Positions 48,655-58,084 of a stretch of 64,000 nucleotides of DNA are shown here, piece by piece. Positions within the stretch are counted from its first letter, which is position 1. Each line of letters begins with the position of its first letter. Where the stretch lies: contig CAXULY010000002.1 in the NCBI GenBank assembly GCA_964252075.1, forward strand, positions 96,001 through 160,000, read 5' to 3'. Made by a program: the position numbers and the translations under genes. Origin of the DNA: an uncultured Deinococcaceae bacterium (GTDB lineage Bacteria; Deinococcota; Deinococci; Deinococcales; Deinococcaceae). The notes under the pieces were generated by a model. That model made no database searches, was not told where the DNA came from, and was given only the letters and a program-made list of their open reading frames with translations.

Positions 48655-49431
48655 TCAGGGCTGCGGCGCGAGGCCCACCGTGAAGTCCGCGAAGGGCCCG
48701 TACTGGGGGCTCCTGCGGAAGGTGATGGTGACGCTCGACCGCCAGTCGTCCGCGTCCCGCGGGAGCAGCAGCATGGCCTGCGCGGGGCCGCCTTTCGGCA
48801 CGTACCGGGCCGTGACACGGTACCGCCCGATCGGCACGTCCTGAATGGCCGGGCCCGTCACGAACCGCTTGAGTGGCTTGCCCGCGCTGCCGTCGATGAG
48901 GGGACCGTCCGGGGTGAGGGTGAACTCCACCTGATCCATCTCGAAGTCGCCGCCGCGCCCGCTGGTGTACGGCCACACCATCCCGCCGTACCACCCGCCG
49001 CCCTCGCGTTCGCCGGAGATGACGAGGGTGAAGTTGCGCACGGCGCCCGCAGCGCTGGGGAACGCCGCGGTCTGGTCCACGTTGAGGTCCAGTTCGAACC
49101 ACTCGCCGTTGAACTTCGCCTTGAAGCGCCCGCCCGCGCGCCACGTGCCGGGCTGGTCGTGCGGCAGCGGGATGCTGTAGCGGCCCTGCGCGTCCGTGGT
49201 CGCCAGCGCGTTCATGTTGTAGTACAGGGTGTTGTCGGCCCACACCTCGACGCCCGCGAGGGGCTTCCCGGCGGCGTTCTTCACGGTGCCGCGCATGGTG
49301 TACGGCGTGGGGGTGCTGGCGTTCGTCGCGGCGGTGGGGGCGGGCTTGCTGGTGTGGGCGGTGGGTGCGGCGCCGCTGGTGGCGAGCGTGGCGCTGAGCA
49401 GCAGGGCCGTGAACAGTCTGGGTGCGTGCAT
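48655..49431 (-). CDS. Secreted protein with carboxypeptidase-regulatory-like beta-sandwich
   Basis: Signal peptide; GTVKNAAGKPLAGVEV...TTDAQGRY motif. Confidence 0.75.
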   Translation of the reverse strand: MHAPRLFTALLLSATLATSGAAPTAHTSKPAPTAATNASTPTPYTMRGTVKNAAGKPLAGVEVWADNTLYYNMNALATTDAQGRYSIPLPHDQPGTWRAGGRFKAKFNGEWFELDLNVDQTAAFPSAAGAVRNFTLVISGEREGGGWYGGMVWPYTSGRGGDFEMDQVEFTLTPDGPLIDGSAGKPLKRFVTGPAIQDVPIGRYRVTARYVPKGGPAQAMLLLPRDADDWRSSVTITFRRSPQYGPFADFTVGLAPQP

Positions 49432-49622
49432 GCTGAATCTCCTTGTCCGCCTGCGCGGGTGTGCAGGCACAGTACGGGGCGCGGGATGGCACGCCGATGG
49501 CGCCCCGCACGGCCGTCCGGCCTGCGCGGGGCCGAGCGTCACGGCGGCCTGGAGTGCCCCGCCTGCGGTCGCGGTGCCTTTTTTCCCGGCGGGGCGGGGC
49601 GCCAACCCGCTATCTTGCCGTC

Positions 49623-51788
49623 ATGCCTGACGCCCACGCGAGTGACCTGCGCCTGCGCCTCGCCCTGCGGGCCGCCCGACAGGGCGCCTGGGAGTACGAC
49701 CTGACGCAGAACGCCGGGTACCGCTCGCCGGAACTGCAGGCCCTCCTGGGCGTTCGGAACCCGCAGCCGACCCTGGCGGATTACCTCGGCAACGTGCAGG
49801 AGGAGGACCGCCCGCGCGTCCTGCAGGCGTTCCAGCAGCTGAGCCGCGGTGAGCGCGACGAGTCGGTGCTGCAGTACCGCTTCGTGCGCGATGACGGGCA
49901 GGCGCTGTGGGTGGAGCAGCACACCTTCGTGGAGCGCGACACGCAGGGCCGCGCCGTCCGGCTGTTCGGCCTGTCCCGCGACGTGACCGCCGCGCGGCAG
50001 CTGCAGGACGAACTGCAGGACCTGAACGCGACGCTTGAGGCGCGCGTCGCGCAGCGCACGCAGGAACTCGCGGACCGCACGGTCGCGCTGGACGCCTTCG
50101 TGGAGTTCACGGAGGCGGTCGGCACCGAGACGGACGTGCTGCCCCTCGTGCAGCAGGCCATCCGCGTGCTGCGCGCCACCATGGGTGAGGTGAGCGTCGC
50201 GTACTACGAGGTGCGCGGCGGCCTGTGGCGGGCGCAGGCGTGGTCGGAGGACCTCACGCCGGACGTCGTGGCGGAAATCCGCGCGGGCGTGCCGGAGGAC
50301 GCGCCGGACTTCCGGGAGGCCCTCACGTCGCGCGCGCCGGTCTTCGCGGACGGCTGGGACGCCACCCTGAACCGCCTGCCCGCCACGGAGTCGTACGGCG
50401 CGGTGGCGCTCTTCCCGTACTTCGAGCGGGGTCAGGCGCACGGCCTGCTGGCGGTGGGCACGCAGTCGCGCGTCACGTGGTCGCAGCGGGACCGCGCGTC
50501 CATCCGGGCGGTGGGGCGCAGCCTCGCGCTGGCGCTCGACAGGGCGGACGCGGCGCGGCAGCTCTCGGAGCGCAACGCGCAGCTCGCCGCGCGCACGGAG
50601 GCGCTGGAGCGCTTCGCGGACCTCACGCGCGACCTGTCCGTCACAGCGGACCCCTACGCCCTCATCGAGCGGGCGGAGGCGACGGTCCTCACGCTGCTGC
50701 CCCCGGGGTACGCCGCCTTCTGGGAGGTGCGCGATGGGCGCTGGCACGCCACGCGGCTCACGGGGGACGTGGGGAGCGCGGACCTTGAGGTGACCATCGA
50801 GGCGGGCCTGCCCGTCGGGGAGACGCCCACCCTCGACCTTCCCGCCCAGTCCCGCACGCCCTTCTACCAGGACGTGTACCCGCAGGGCGCGGACACGCCC
50901 GCCGAGGTGGTGCGCCACGTGAACGCCGTCGCGACCCTCCCCGTGCTGGTGGGGGACGACGTGGTGGGGGTCTTCAACGTGCCGCTGTTCCATGAGCGCA
51001 GCTGGAGTGCCGCGGACCGCACGGTGCTGGAAACGGTGGTGCGCAGCCTGGGCCTCGCGCTGGAACGCGCGCGCGGCGTGGAGCAGCTGGCGCGCAGCAA
51101 CCAGGAGCTGCAGGCGGCGAACGAGGGCCTGGAGGCCTTCACGTACAGCGTCTCGCACGACCTCATGACGCCCGTGCGGCACGTGTCGAGCTTCTCGGAC
51201 CTCGCCCTCAGGAGCGTCGAGGACCCGGAGCGCACGCAGCGGTACCTGAGCATCATCAACCAGGCGGCGCGGCGCATGTCGAACCTCATTGAGGCGCTGC
51301 TGCAGCTCTCGCGGCTGGGTCGCCGGGACCTGCAGATGGGGCCGGTGGACCTGCAGGCACTGGTGGAGGAGGCGCGGCAGGACGTGACGCGCGACCTGCC
51401 GGAGCGGCGCATCCGCTGGCACGTGCACCCGCTGCCCACCGTGCACGGGGACCCCGACACCCTGCAGCTGGTGCTCGGGAACCTGCTGGACAACGCCGTG
51501 AAGTACACGCGGGAGCGCGAGGAGGCCGTCATTGAGGTGTGGGCGGAGGAGCGGCCGGACGCCTGGGCGGTGTTCGTGCGGGACAACGGTGCGGGCTTCG
51601 ACCCGCAGTTCGCGGACAAGCTGTTCACGGTGTTCCAGCGCCTGCACCGCCAGGAGGAATTCGAGGGGACCGGCATCGGCCTGACGAACGTGCGGCGCAT
51701 CGTGACGCGCCACGGCGGGACGGTCGGGGCCACCGCGCGGCCGGGGGAGGGCGCCACCTTCAGCTTCACGCTCCCGAAGGAACGCTAG
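49623..51788 (+). CDS. PAS/GAF/GAF sensor histidine kinase
   Basis: GAWEYD PAS; YSVSHDL H-box; NAVKY, DNGAGF, GTGIGL. Confidence 0.95.
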   Translation: MPDAHASDLRLRLALRAARQGAWEYDLTQNAGYRSPELQALLGVRNPQPTLADYLGNVQEEDRPRVLQAFQQLSRGERDESVLQYRFVRDDGQALWVEQHTFVERDTQGRAVRLFGLSRDVTAARQLQDELQDLNATLEARVAQRTQELADRTVALDAFVEFTEAVGTETDVLPLVQQAIRVLRATMGEVSVAYYEVRGGLWRAQAWSEDLTPDVVAEIRAGVPEDAPDFREALTSRAPVFADGWDATLNRLPATESYGAVALFPYFERGQAHGLLAVGTQSRVTWSQRDRASIRAVGRSLALALDRADAARQLSERNAQLAARTEALERFADLTRDLSVTADPYALIERAEATVLTLLPPGYAAFWEVRDGRWHATRLTGDVGSADLEVTIEAGLPVGETPTLDLPAQSRTPFYQDVYPQGADTPAEVVRHVNAVATLPVLVGDDVVGVFNVPLFHERSWSAADRTVLETVVRSLGLALERARGVEQLARSNQELQAANEGLEAFTYSVSHDLMTPVRHVSSFSDLALRSVEDPERTQRYLSIINQAARRMSNLIEALLQLSRLGRRDLQMGPVDLQALVEEARQDVTRDLPERRIRWHVHPLPTVHGDPDTLQLVLGNLLDNAVKYTREREEAVIEVWAEERPDAWAVFVRDNGAGFDPQFADKLFTVFQRLHRQEEFEGTGIGLTNVRRIVTRHGGTVGATARPGEGATFSFTLPKER

Positions 51789-52996
51789 TCGCTGCTGACC
51801 GTGATGGGGGCGCTCACGTTGCGCCCCAGGCGGCGGCGCTGCGCGAGCAGACCCGCGACGGTGACAAGTCCCACGGCGCCGAAGGTCAGCCACGGCAGGG
51901 TGGGGACGTCCAGGCGGTTCCCGGCGTCGTACAGCGCGCCACCGATGGCGGTGCCGATCGCGCCGCCCAGGCCGATGGAGAGGGAACCCACCCCAAAGTA
52001 CGACCCGACGAGGTCAGGGCGCGCGAACGTCGCGGTGAGGGCCTGCTGGCCGCTGGAGGCGAGCATGTTCCCCACGCTGAACACCGCGACGCACGCCAGC
52101 AGCGCCGGGAAGCTGCCCGCGAAGGCCACCGCGCCGAGGCTCAGGCCCGCCAGCGCGACGCCCGCCACGAAGCAGCCGTACAGGCCGAGGCGCCGCTCCG
52201 CGAGGCGGAACACCAGCACCTGCAGCGCGACGGCCAGCCCGGCGTTCAGGCCGTACACCCACCCGATGGCGCCCGCGCCGTGCATGGCGGTCGCCTTGAG
52301 CGCCACCGCGATGTTGAGCTGCGCGGAGAGCAGGTAGTACCCAGCGGCGAGCGCCGTGAACACCGTGAAGCGCGCGTCGCGCAGCACGACGCCCAGCCCC
52401 GACAGGCCCGCGCGGGGCGTGCCGGTGGGGCGCAGCGCGGGGAGCGTGAAGGCCAGCAGCACGCCGGACAGCAGGTACAGGGCGCTGGACACCAGCGCCA
52501 CCTCCCGGAAGCCCAGGCGGGCAAGCAGCGCGCCCACGAGCGGCCCCACCACCATCCCGAGGTTCCCACTGACGCCCATCAGAGAGAAGATGCGCGTGCG
52601 GTCGCGGGGCGCCGTGAGGGTCGTGAGGGCGGCGTTCTTGGGCGCGTCGAAGAGGGCGCCGCCGACCCCCGCGAGGATGGAGGCGCCCAGCAGGGTCCAG
52701 AAGGTCGTGGCGAAGCCCATCGCGGCGAAGCCCAGGAAGCGCAGGAACAGGCCCGCAAGGATCAGGCCGCGCGGGCCGAGGCGGTCCGCGAGCGCGCCGC
52801 CAAACACCGTGAGGCCCTGCTGGGTGATCTGCCGCACCGCGAGGATCACGCCGACGGTGCCGGCCGCCCAGCCGAGCCCGGCGGAGAAGTGCACGCTGAT
52901 CAGCGGGATGATCATGAAGAAGCCGCCCCACATCAGGAAGTTGACGATCAGCAGCGTCAGGATGGCGCGGGGGGCGTGGTGTTGAGGCTGAGACAC
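51785..52996 (-). CDS. MFS transporter (MdtH-like)
   Basis: GFFMIIPLISVHF, RQITQQGL, GGALADRLG, GALFDAP. Confidence 0.85.
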   Translation of the reverse strand: MSQPQHHAPRAILTLLIVNFLMWGGFFMIIPLISVHFSAGLGWAAGTVGVILAVRQITQQGLTVFGGALADRLGPRGLILAGLFLRFLGFAAMGFATTFWTLLGASILAGVGGALFDAPKNAALTTLTAPRDRTRIFSLMGVSGNLGMVVGPLVGALLARLGFREVALVSSALYLLSGVLLAFTLPALRPTGTPRAGLSGLGVVLRDARFTVFTALAAGYYLLSAQLNIAVALKATAMHGAGAIGWVYGLNAGLAVALQVLVFRLAERRLGLYGCFVAGVALAGLSLGAVAFAGSFPALLACVAVFSVGNMLASSGQQALTATFARPDLVGSYFGVGSLSIGLGGAIGTAIGGALYDAGNRLDVPTLPWLTFGAVGLVTVAGLLAQRRRLGRNVSAPITVSSD

Positions 52997-53042
52997 TGGG
53001 GCGATTCTATGCCTGCGGGGCGCGCCGCGCCCGGACTGGCCT

Positions 53043-53396
53043 TCAGCGGTCCTTCAGGCGCTCACCGCACAGCACGTCGAGCGCCGTGATGCCCGCCACC
53101 GCCAGGAACGCCACGAGGGCGTTCGCGCGGCGGGGGTTGCGGGGCCCCAGCGCCACCGCGAGCGTCGCGAGGTCCAGCGCGTCCCCGCCGACGCGGGACC
53201 ACACCCACGGCGAGGTGCGCGTGCCCGCGAGGATGCCGACGCCCGCCGCGAGTTCGCGCACGCCGTAGGCGCGCAGCAGGCCCTCGCGGCCCTCCAGGCC
53301 GAGCCAGCGGGCGAGGGCGTGGGGGCGCGCGACTTCGTACAGGCCGAGCCCCAGGCTGAAGTACCCGAGGAAACGAGACAGGGATCGTGCGTGCAT
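53043..53396 (-). CDS. Hypothetical membrane protein
   Basis: LGYFSLGLG...YGVRELAAG...WSRVGGDALDL conserved-looking pattern; AGGAGG RBS. Confidence 0.75.
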   Translation of the reverse strand: MHARSLSRFLGYFSLGLGLYEVARPHALARWLGLEGREGLLRAYGVRELAAGVGILAGTRTSPWVWSRVGGDALDLATLAVALGPRNPRRANALVAFLAVAGITALDVLCGERLKDR

Positions 53397-53539
53397 GGTG
53401 GGTCCTCCTGACCGCATACTGCGGGTCGCGCGTGAGGGCGAGGCGGGAGGACGGTGCATTGGCGTGAAGGGACGGGCGGGTGACGGGCGATTCACGCGCC
53501 TGGAGGCCGCCCTCATGTGCCGCGCGCTAGCGTGGCGGC

Positions 53540-53794
53540 ATGAGCGCGCCGCCAGACGAGCACGAGGTGCGGGTGCTGGCGGCCCTGCAGCGCGGCGCCG
53601 CGCTGGTGATGCACCGGCGCGGGGAGCGCGGCCCGTACTACACGCTGGGCGGGCGGCGGCTCAGCGTGACGCTGCTCAAGGCGCTGGAGGCGCGGCGCTG
53701 GATCGCGCGGGAGGGCGGGCCGGACCGCGCGGCGGTCACCTACGCCCTCACCGCGGAGGGGGAGGCGGCGCTCGCCGCGCGGCGCGCCACCTGA
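53540..53794 (+). CDS. Small hypothetical protein (winged-helix-like)
   Basis: LKALEARRWI...YALTAEG. Confidence 0.6.
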   Translation: MSAPPDEHEVRVLAALQRGAALVMHRRGERGPYYTLGGRRLSVTLLKALEARRWIAREGGPDRAAVTYALTAEGEAALAARRAT

Positions 53795-53798
53795 CGCG

Positions 53799-55454
53799 TC
53801 AGCGGGCGCTGAGGTGCTGGTGCACGAAGCTGACCGTGACGCTCCCCTCCCCCACCGCGCTCGCCACGCGCTTCACGCTGGACGCGCGCAGGTCTCCCAC
53901 CGCGAAGATGCCCGGCACGCTGGTCTCCAGCGGGTAGGGGCGGCGCTCCAGCGGCCAGTCGGCGAGCGCCCCCGGCGTGAGGTCGTCGCCCGTCAGGACG
54001 AAGCCGCGCGCGTCGAGCGCCACGAGCCCGGAGAGCCACGCGGTCTGCGGCGCCGCGCCGATGAAGCTGAACAGGAAGTTCGCGGCCTCGTCGTGCTCCT
54101 CGCCCGTCACGCGGTCCCGCACGGTCACGCACTCCAGGTGCTCGCTGCCGCCGCAGGCGGTGACCTCCACGTTCAGGCGCACCTCAATGGTGGGCGTGCG
54201 GCGCAGCTGGTCCACGAGGTACTGCGACATCTTCGCTTCCAGGGTGGCGCCGCGCACCAGCATCACGACGCGCGCCGCGTAGCGCGAGAAGTACATGGCG
54301 GCCTGCCCGGCGCTGTTCCCGGCGCCCACGATGAAGACCACCTCGTCCCCGCAGTTCACGGCCTCGCTGCGCGCCGCGCCGTAGTACAGGCCGCGCCCCG
54401 TGAACGCCTCCGCGCCGCGCGCGGGGAGGCGCTGCCAGCTCACGCCCGTCGCGAGGACCAGCGCGTGACAGCCGATCTCCGGGCCGCCCTGAAGCTGCAG
54501 GTACTTATACGGGCCGTCCACGCGCAGGGACGCCACCGCCTGCGGCGTGAGGAGTTCCACCCCGAACTTCTGCGCCTGCGCCACCCCGCGCCGCGCGAGG
54601 TCCCCGCCGGAGAGGCCCGCCGGGAAGCCCAGGTAGTTCTCGATGCGGCTGCTGGTGCCCGCCTGACCGCCGGGCGCCTCGCGCTCGACCAGCACCGTCT
54701 GCAGGCCCTCGGACGCGCCGTACACGGCCGCCGCGAGCCCGGCGGGCCCCGCGCCGATGATGGCGAGGTCGTAGAAGGGCCGCGTGGCGGTCAGGCCGAG
54801 GCCCACGCGCGCCGCGAGTTCCGGAATGCCCGGCGCCTCAAGGCGCGCGCCGTCCGGCAGGATCACCAGCGGCAGTGCCCGCGCGTCCGCGCGCAGGGCG
54901 GGCGCGTCCGGGTTCGTTTCGAGGTCGTAGAAGGTGTAGGGCACGCCGTTGCGCGCGAGGAAGTCGCGCAGGTCGTGCGCCTCGGCGGACCAGCGGTCCG
55001 CGACGACCTTCAGGCCGCCGTACCCGGGCTTGTACTCGCCCTGCCAGTCGGACAGCAGGTCGTCGATGACGGGGTAGAGTTCCTCCTCCGGCGGGTCCCA
55101 GGGTTTCGTGAGGTAGTAATGCACGCGCGACTGGTTGATGGCCTGGATGGCGGCCTCCGTGTCGGCGTAGGCGGTGAGGAGCGCGCGCCGCGCGTCCGGG
55201 TAGAGTTCCGCGGCCTGCGCGAGGAACTCCACGCCGTTCAGCTGCGGCATGCGCTGGTCGCTGAGCAGCAGCGCGACCACCTCGCCGCGCCGCCGGAGTT
55301 CCGCGAGGGCCTCCAGCGCGCTCGCGCCGGAATCCGCGCGCACGATGCGGTAGGTCTCGGCGTAGCGGCGGCGCAGGTCGCGCGTGACGGCGCGCAGCAC
55401 CTCGGGGTCGTCGTCCACCACCAGCAGCACGGGTTTGGGGGGTTTGCTGTCCAT
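53799..55454 (-). CDS. Receiver domain fused to a thioredoxin-reductase-like flavoprotein
   Basis: LVVDDD, SDQRMP, TKPW; IIGAGPAGL, GGQAGTSSRIENYLGFP, GAGNSAGQAA. Confidence 0.9.
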   Translation of the reverse strand: MDSKPPKPVLLVVDDDPEVLRAVTRDLRRRYAETYRIVRADSGASALEALAELRRRGEVVALLLSDQRMPQLNGVEFLAQAAELYPDARRALLTAYADTEAAIQAINQSRVHYYLTKPWDPPEEELYPVIDDLLSDWQGEYKPGYGGLKVVADRWSAEAHDLRDFLARNGVPYTFYDLETNPDAPALRADARALPLVILPDGARLEAPGIPELAARVGLGLTATRPFYDLAIIGAGPAGLAAAVYGASEGLQTVLVEREAPGGQAGTSSRIENYLGFPAGLSGGDLARRGVAQAQKFGVELLTPQAVASLRVDGPYKYLQLQGGPEIGCHALVLATGVSWQRLPARGAEAFTGRGLYYGAARSEAVNCGDEVVFIVGAGNSAGQAAMYFSRYAARVVMLVRGATLEAKMSQYLVDQLRRTPTIEVRLNVEVTACGGSEHLECVTVRDRVTGEEHDEAANFLFSFIGAAPQTAWLSGLVALDARGFVLTGDDLTPGALADWPLERRPYPLETSVPGIFAVGDLRASSVKRVASAVGEGSVTVSFVHQHLSAR

Positions 55455-55455
55455 G

Positions 55456-56841
55456 TCAGGCCTCCGGTGCGCCCTGGTGCAGGGGCAGCAGCACCATGAA
55501 TTCCGTGTGGCCGGGCTCGCTGCTGGCGCGCACCAGGCCGCCCTGCTGCCGCACGATGCGCTGCACCACGTCCAGGCCCAGGCCGCTGCCCTGCCCGACG
55601 CCCTTGGTGGTGAAGAACGGCTCGAAGATGCGCGCCTGCACGTCCGGCGGGATGCCGGGGCCGTCATCGATGATGCTGACCGCCAGCTGCCCGCCGCGCA
55701 CCGCGACCTGCGCGGTGAGGTGCCCGCCCTCGGGCAGCGCGTCGATGGCGTTGTCGATGAGGTTCGTCCACACCTGGTTCAGTTCGCCCTCGTGCGCCCA
55801 CACGGGCGGCACGTCCGGCGGGTACAGGCGCTGCACCTCGATGCCCTTCGTGCGCAGTTTGTGCTGCAGCATGGTGAGGGTGCTGTCCAGGCCGGGCCGC
55901 ACGTCCGTCGCGCCGCGCGCGCCGCCGCGGTCCATGTGCGAGTACCGCTTGATGGACGCCACGAGCGTCGAGATGCGCTCGGCGGCGCCCTCCAGTTCCC
56001 GCAGCATGCTGTCGCTGCCGAGGCGCAGGTGCAGGTACGCGACCGAGGCGCCCAGCGCGTCCCCCTCGGGCAGCAGGTCGAAATCGTCCGGGCGGACGCC
56101 CGCCTCGACCAGCGCGGCGGCGCGCGCGTCCGCCTGCGGCACCGCGCAGCCCTCCAGGGCGTCCGTCACCTCGTCCTCCAGGTCGCTGCGGTCGAGGGGC
56201 GAGAGGCGGTTGTCGCGCGCGAGGGCGACCTGCGCCACGCGCTCCGCCGCGTCGAGCGCGCCGTCCGCGTCGCCGCCCGGCCACGCGCGCAGCAGGTCCG
56301 GCAGGTTCGCGAGGAGCGCGCGCAGGTCCGCGGCGGTGCGGCGCAGCGCCGCCGCGGGGTTGTTCAGCTCGTGCGCCAGACCGGCGGACAGGGTGCCGAG
56401 GGCGCGCAGGCGCTCGCGCTGCTCCTCGCCGCGCGCCTCGTCGCGGATGCGGCGCTTCATGACGGCCAGCAGCCGGTCCTCGAGGCCCGGGACGTGCTGG
56501 CGCAGCGCCGCGAACCACTTTCGGTCCAGCATCCCCACGCGCGTGAGGCCCACCGCGCGGCCCGTCGCCTGGTAGTGCGTCATGCTGCTGTGCGGCAGCA
56601 GGCCCGCCACCGCGCCCTGGCGCACCACGTACAGCACCGGTTGCGCGCCCACCTCGCCCTCGTACTGCACCTGCCCCTCGAAGAGCAGGTGCAGGTGCTC
56701 GGCGGGCGCGCCCGCGTGCGCCACGACCGCGCCGTCCGCGAAGCTCACGACCTCGCTGTGCGCCGCGATCCACAGGAGTTCCTCCTCCTGCAGGTCCGCG
56801 AGCGCCTCGATGAGCCGCAGGTCCTCCAGGGTGGGGTTCAC
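55456..56841 (-). CDS. cNMP-binding-domain sensor histidine kinase
   Basis: N-terminal cNMP-binding fold; AHELNNP, NLIDNAID, DDGPGI, FFTTK, GLGL; start uncertain (see findings). Confidence 0.9.
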   Translation of the reverse strand: MNPTLEDLRLIEALADLQEEELLWIAAHSEVVSFADGAVVAHAGAPAEHLHLLFEGQVQYEGEVGAQPVLYVVRQGAVAGLLPHSSMTHYQATGRAVGLTRVGMLDRKWFAALRQHVPGLEDRLLAVMKRRIRDEARGEEQRERLRALGTLSAGLAHELNNPAAALRRTAADLRALLANLPDLLRAWPGGDADGALDAAERVAQVALARDNRLSPLDRSDLEDEVTDALEGCAVPQADARAAALVEAGVRPDDFDLLPEGDALGASVAYLHLRLGSDSMLRELEGAAERISTLVASIKRYSHMDRGGARGATDVRPGLDSTLTMLQHKLRTKGIEVQRLYPPDVPPVWAHEGELNQVWTNLIDNAIDALPEGGHLTAQVAVRGGQLAVSIIDDGPGIPPDVQARIFEPFFTTKGVGQGSGLGLDVVQRIVRQQGGLVRASSEPGHTEFMVLLPLHQGAPEA

Positions 56842-56860
56842 GGGCGTGACCGCGGCCCGG

Positions 56861-56872
56861 GTGTGTGTGTGT
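56861..56872. repeat. (GT)6/(AC)6 microsatellite in the kinase 5' region
   Basis: GTGTGTGTGTGT. Confidence 0.85.
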
Positions 56873-56982
56873 TGTCCCTCATGACGCCTCCTGGGCTTGT
56901 TGTGCCACGTGCGCGGCACGCTGATCATGCCACACCGCCGGGCGCGCGTCCCCGTCCGTTCGGGTGGTGGGGCGCCGGGCCG

Positions 56983-57639
56983 TCACTGCAGCTCCGCGAC
57001 CTGGACGCCCAGCAGGTGCGCGAGGTCCAGCAGCTGCACGGCCTCCACCGTGACGCCGGGCAGCTCCCGCAGGCCCAGCCGCGCCCCCGCGAGGGCCGAG
57101 CCGCGCAGGTCGGCGTCCGCGAGCGCCGCGCCGCCGAACTCCGCGCGTGGCAGGCGGCACGCGCGGAACACCGCGCCCGTCAGCTGCGCGTCCATGAAGG
57201 TGGCCTCCGAGAAGTCGCTGTCCTCGGCCCAGAAGGCCTTCGTGTCGGCCTTCAGCCACAGGGACAGCGGCGCGTGCGCGCGCGTGAGGCGCACGTGGCG
57301 CAGGCGCGCCTCGGGCAGTTGCGCGCCCAGCAGGCGGGAGTCCGTGACCTGTACGCGCTCCAGGCTGAGTTCCTGCAGCTGCGCGCCGCCGAAGTCGCAG
57401 CCCTCGAAGCGCACGTCCGCGCAGCGCACGCGGTGCCAGCGCGCGCCCCTGAGGTTCACACGGCGGAACACGCAGCCCTCGAAGGACACGGACGTGAGGG
57501 AGCGGTCCTCCAGCGTCTGGTCCTCGACCGTCACGCCGCGGTAGATCGCCTCGTCCTCAAGGTCGTCCGCGGCGAGGGCGCGCAGGCCGCCGCGCGGGAA
57601 GCGCGGCGCGGTGGGGGCTTTGATGGGGGCGCTGGGCAT
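56983..57639 (-). CDS. Pentapeptide repeat protein
   Basis: Repeating A(D/x)Lxx / xxFxx units (ADADLRGSALAG). Confidence 0.9.
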   Translation of the reverse strand: MPSAPIKAPTAPRFPRGGLRALAADDLEDEAIYRGVTVEDQTLEDRSLTSVSFEGCVFRRVNLRGARWHRVRCADVRFEGCDFGGAQLQELSLERVQVTDSRLLGAQLPEARLRHVRLTRAHAPLSLWLKADTKAFWAEDSDFSEATFMDAQLTGAVFRACRLPRAEFGGAALADADLRGSALAGARLGLRELPGVTVEAVQLLDLAHLLGVQVAELQ

Positions 57640-57673
57640 GCCCCGCACTGTAAACCGCCTGTGGGGTTGCGCG

Positions 57674-58024
57674 TCAGTCCTGACCCTGCCGGAAGCTCAG
57701 CTGGTGGCCGTCCGGCGTGACGAGGATGAACATCCGCCCGAACGGCCCGTCGTGCGGGGGGCGCAGCACGCGCGCGCCACGCGCCACCACCTGCGCGTGG
57801 TAGGCGTCCGCGTCCGGCACGATGAACGACACCGTGACGTCCGCGCCGCCCGGTCGCGCGTCCGGGTCCTCGCGCACCGCGAGGCCCGCGCCGCTCGCCT
57901 GCACGAAGGCGTTCCCGCCGGGGCGTTCCTCCGTCACCTCGAAGCCCAGCACGTCCGTGAAGTACCGCCGGGCGGCGCTCAGGTCCGGGGTGTGCAGCGT
58001 GACGAAATCCAGGATGGTTTTCAT
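57674..58024 (-). CDS. VOC/glyoxalase family protein
   Basis: DLSAARRYFTDVLGF, DGPFGR...PDGH; GGAGG RBS. Confidence 0.9.
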   Translation of the reverse strand: MKTILDFVTLHTPDLSAARRYFTDVLGFEVTEERPGGNAFVQASGAGLAVREDPDARPGGADVTVSFIVPDADAYHAQVVARGARVLRPPHDGPFGRMFILVTPDGHQLSFRQGQD

Positions 58025-58058
58025 GGTTGACCTCCGACTTCAGCTTCGCGTGGCGGCG

Positions 58059-58074
58059 TGACACCGTCCTGTCA
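58059..58074. promoter_or_regulatory. Putative WYL-regulator operator
   Basis: TGACA-N6-TGTCA palindrome between the WYL and VOC genes. Confidence 0.6.
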
Positions 58075-58084
58075 GGAGGGCGCG

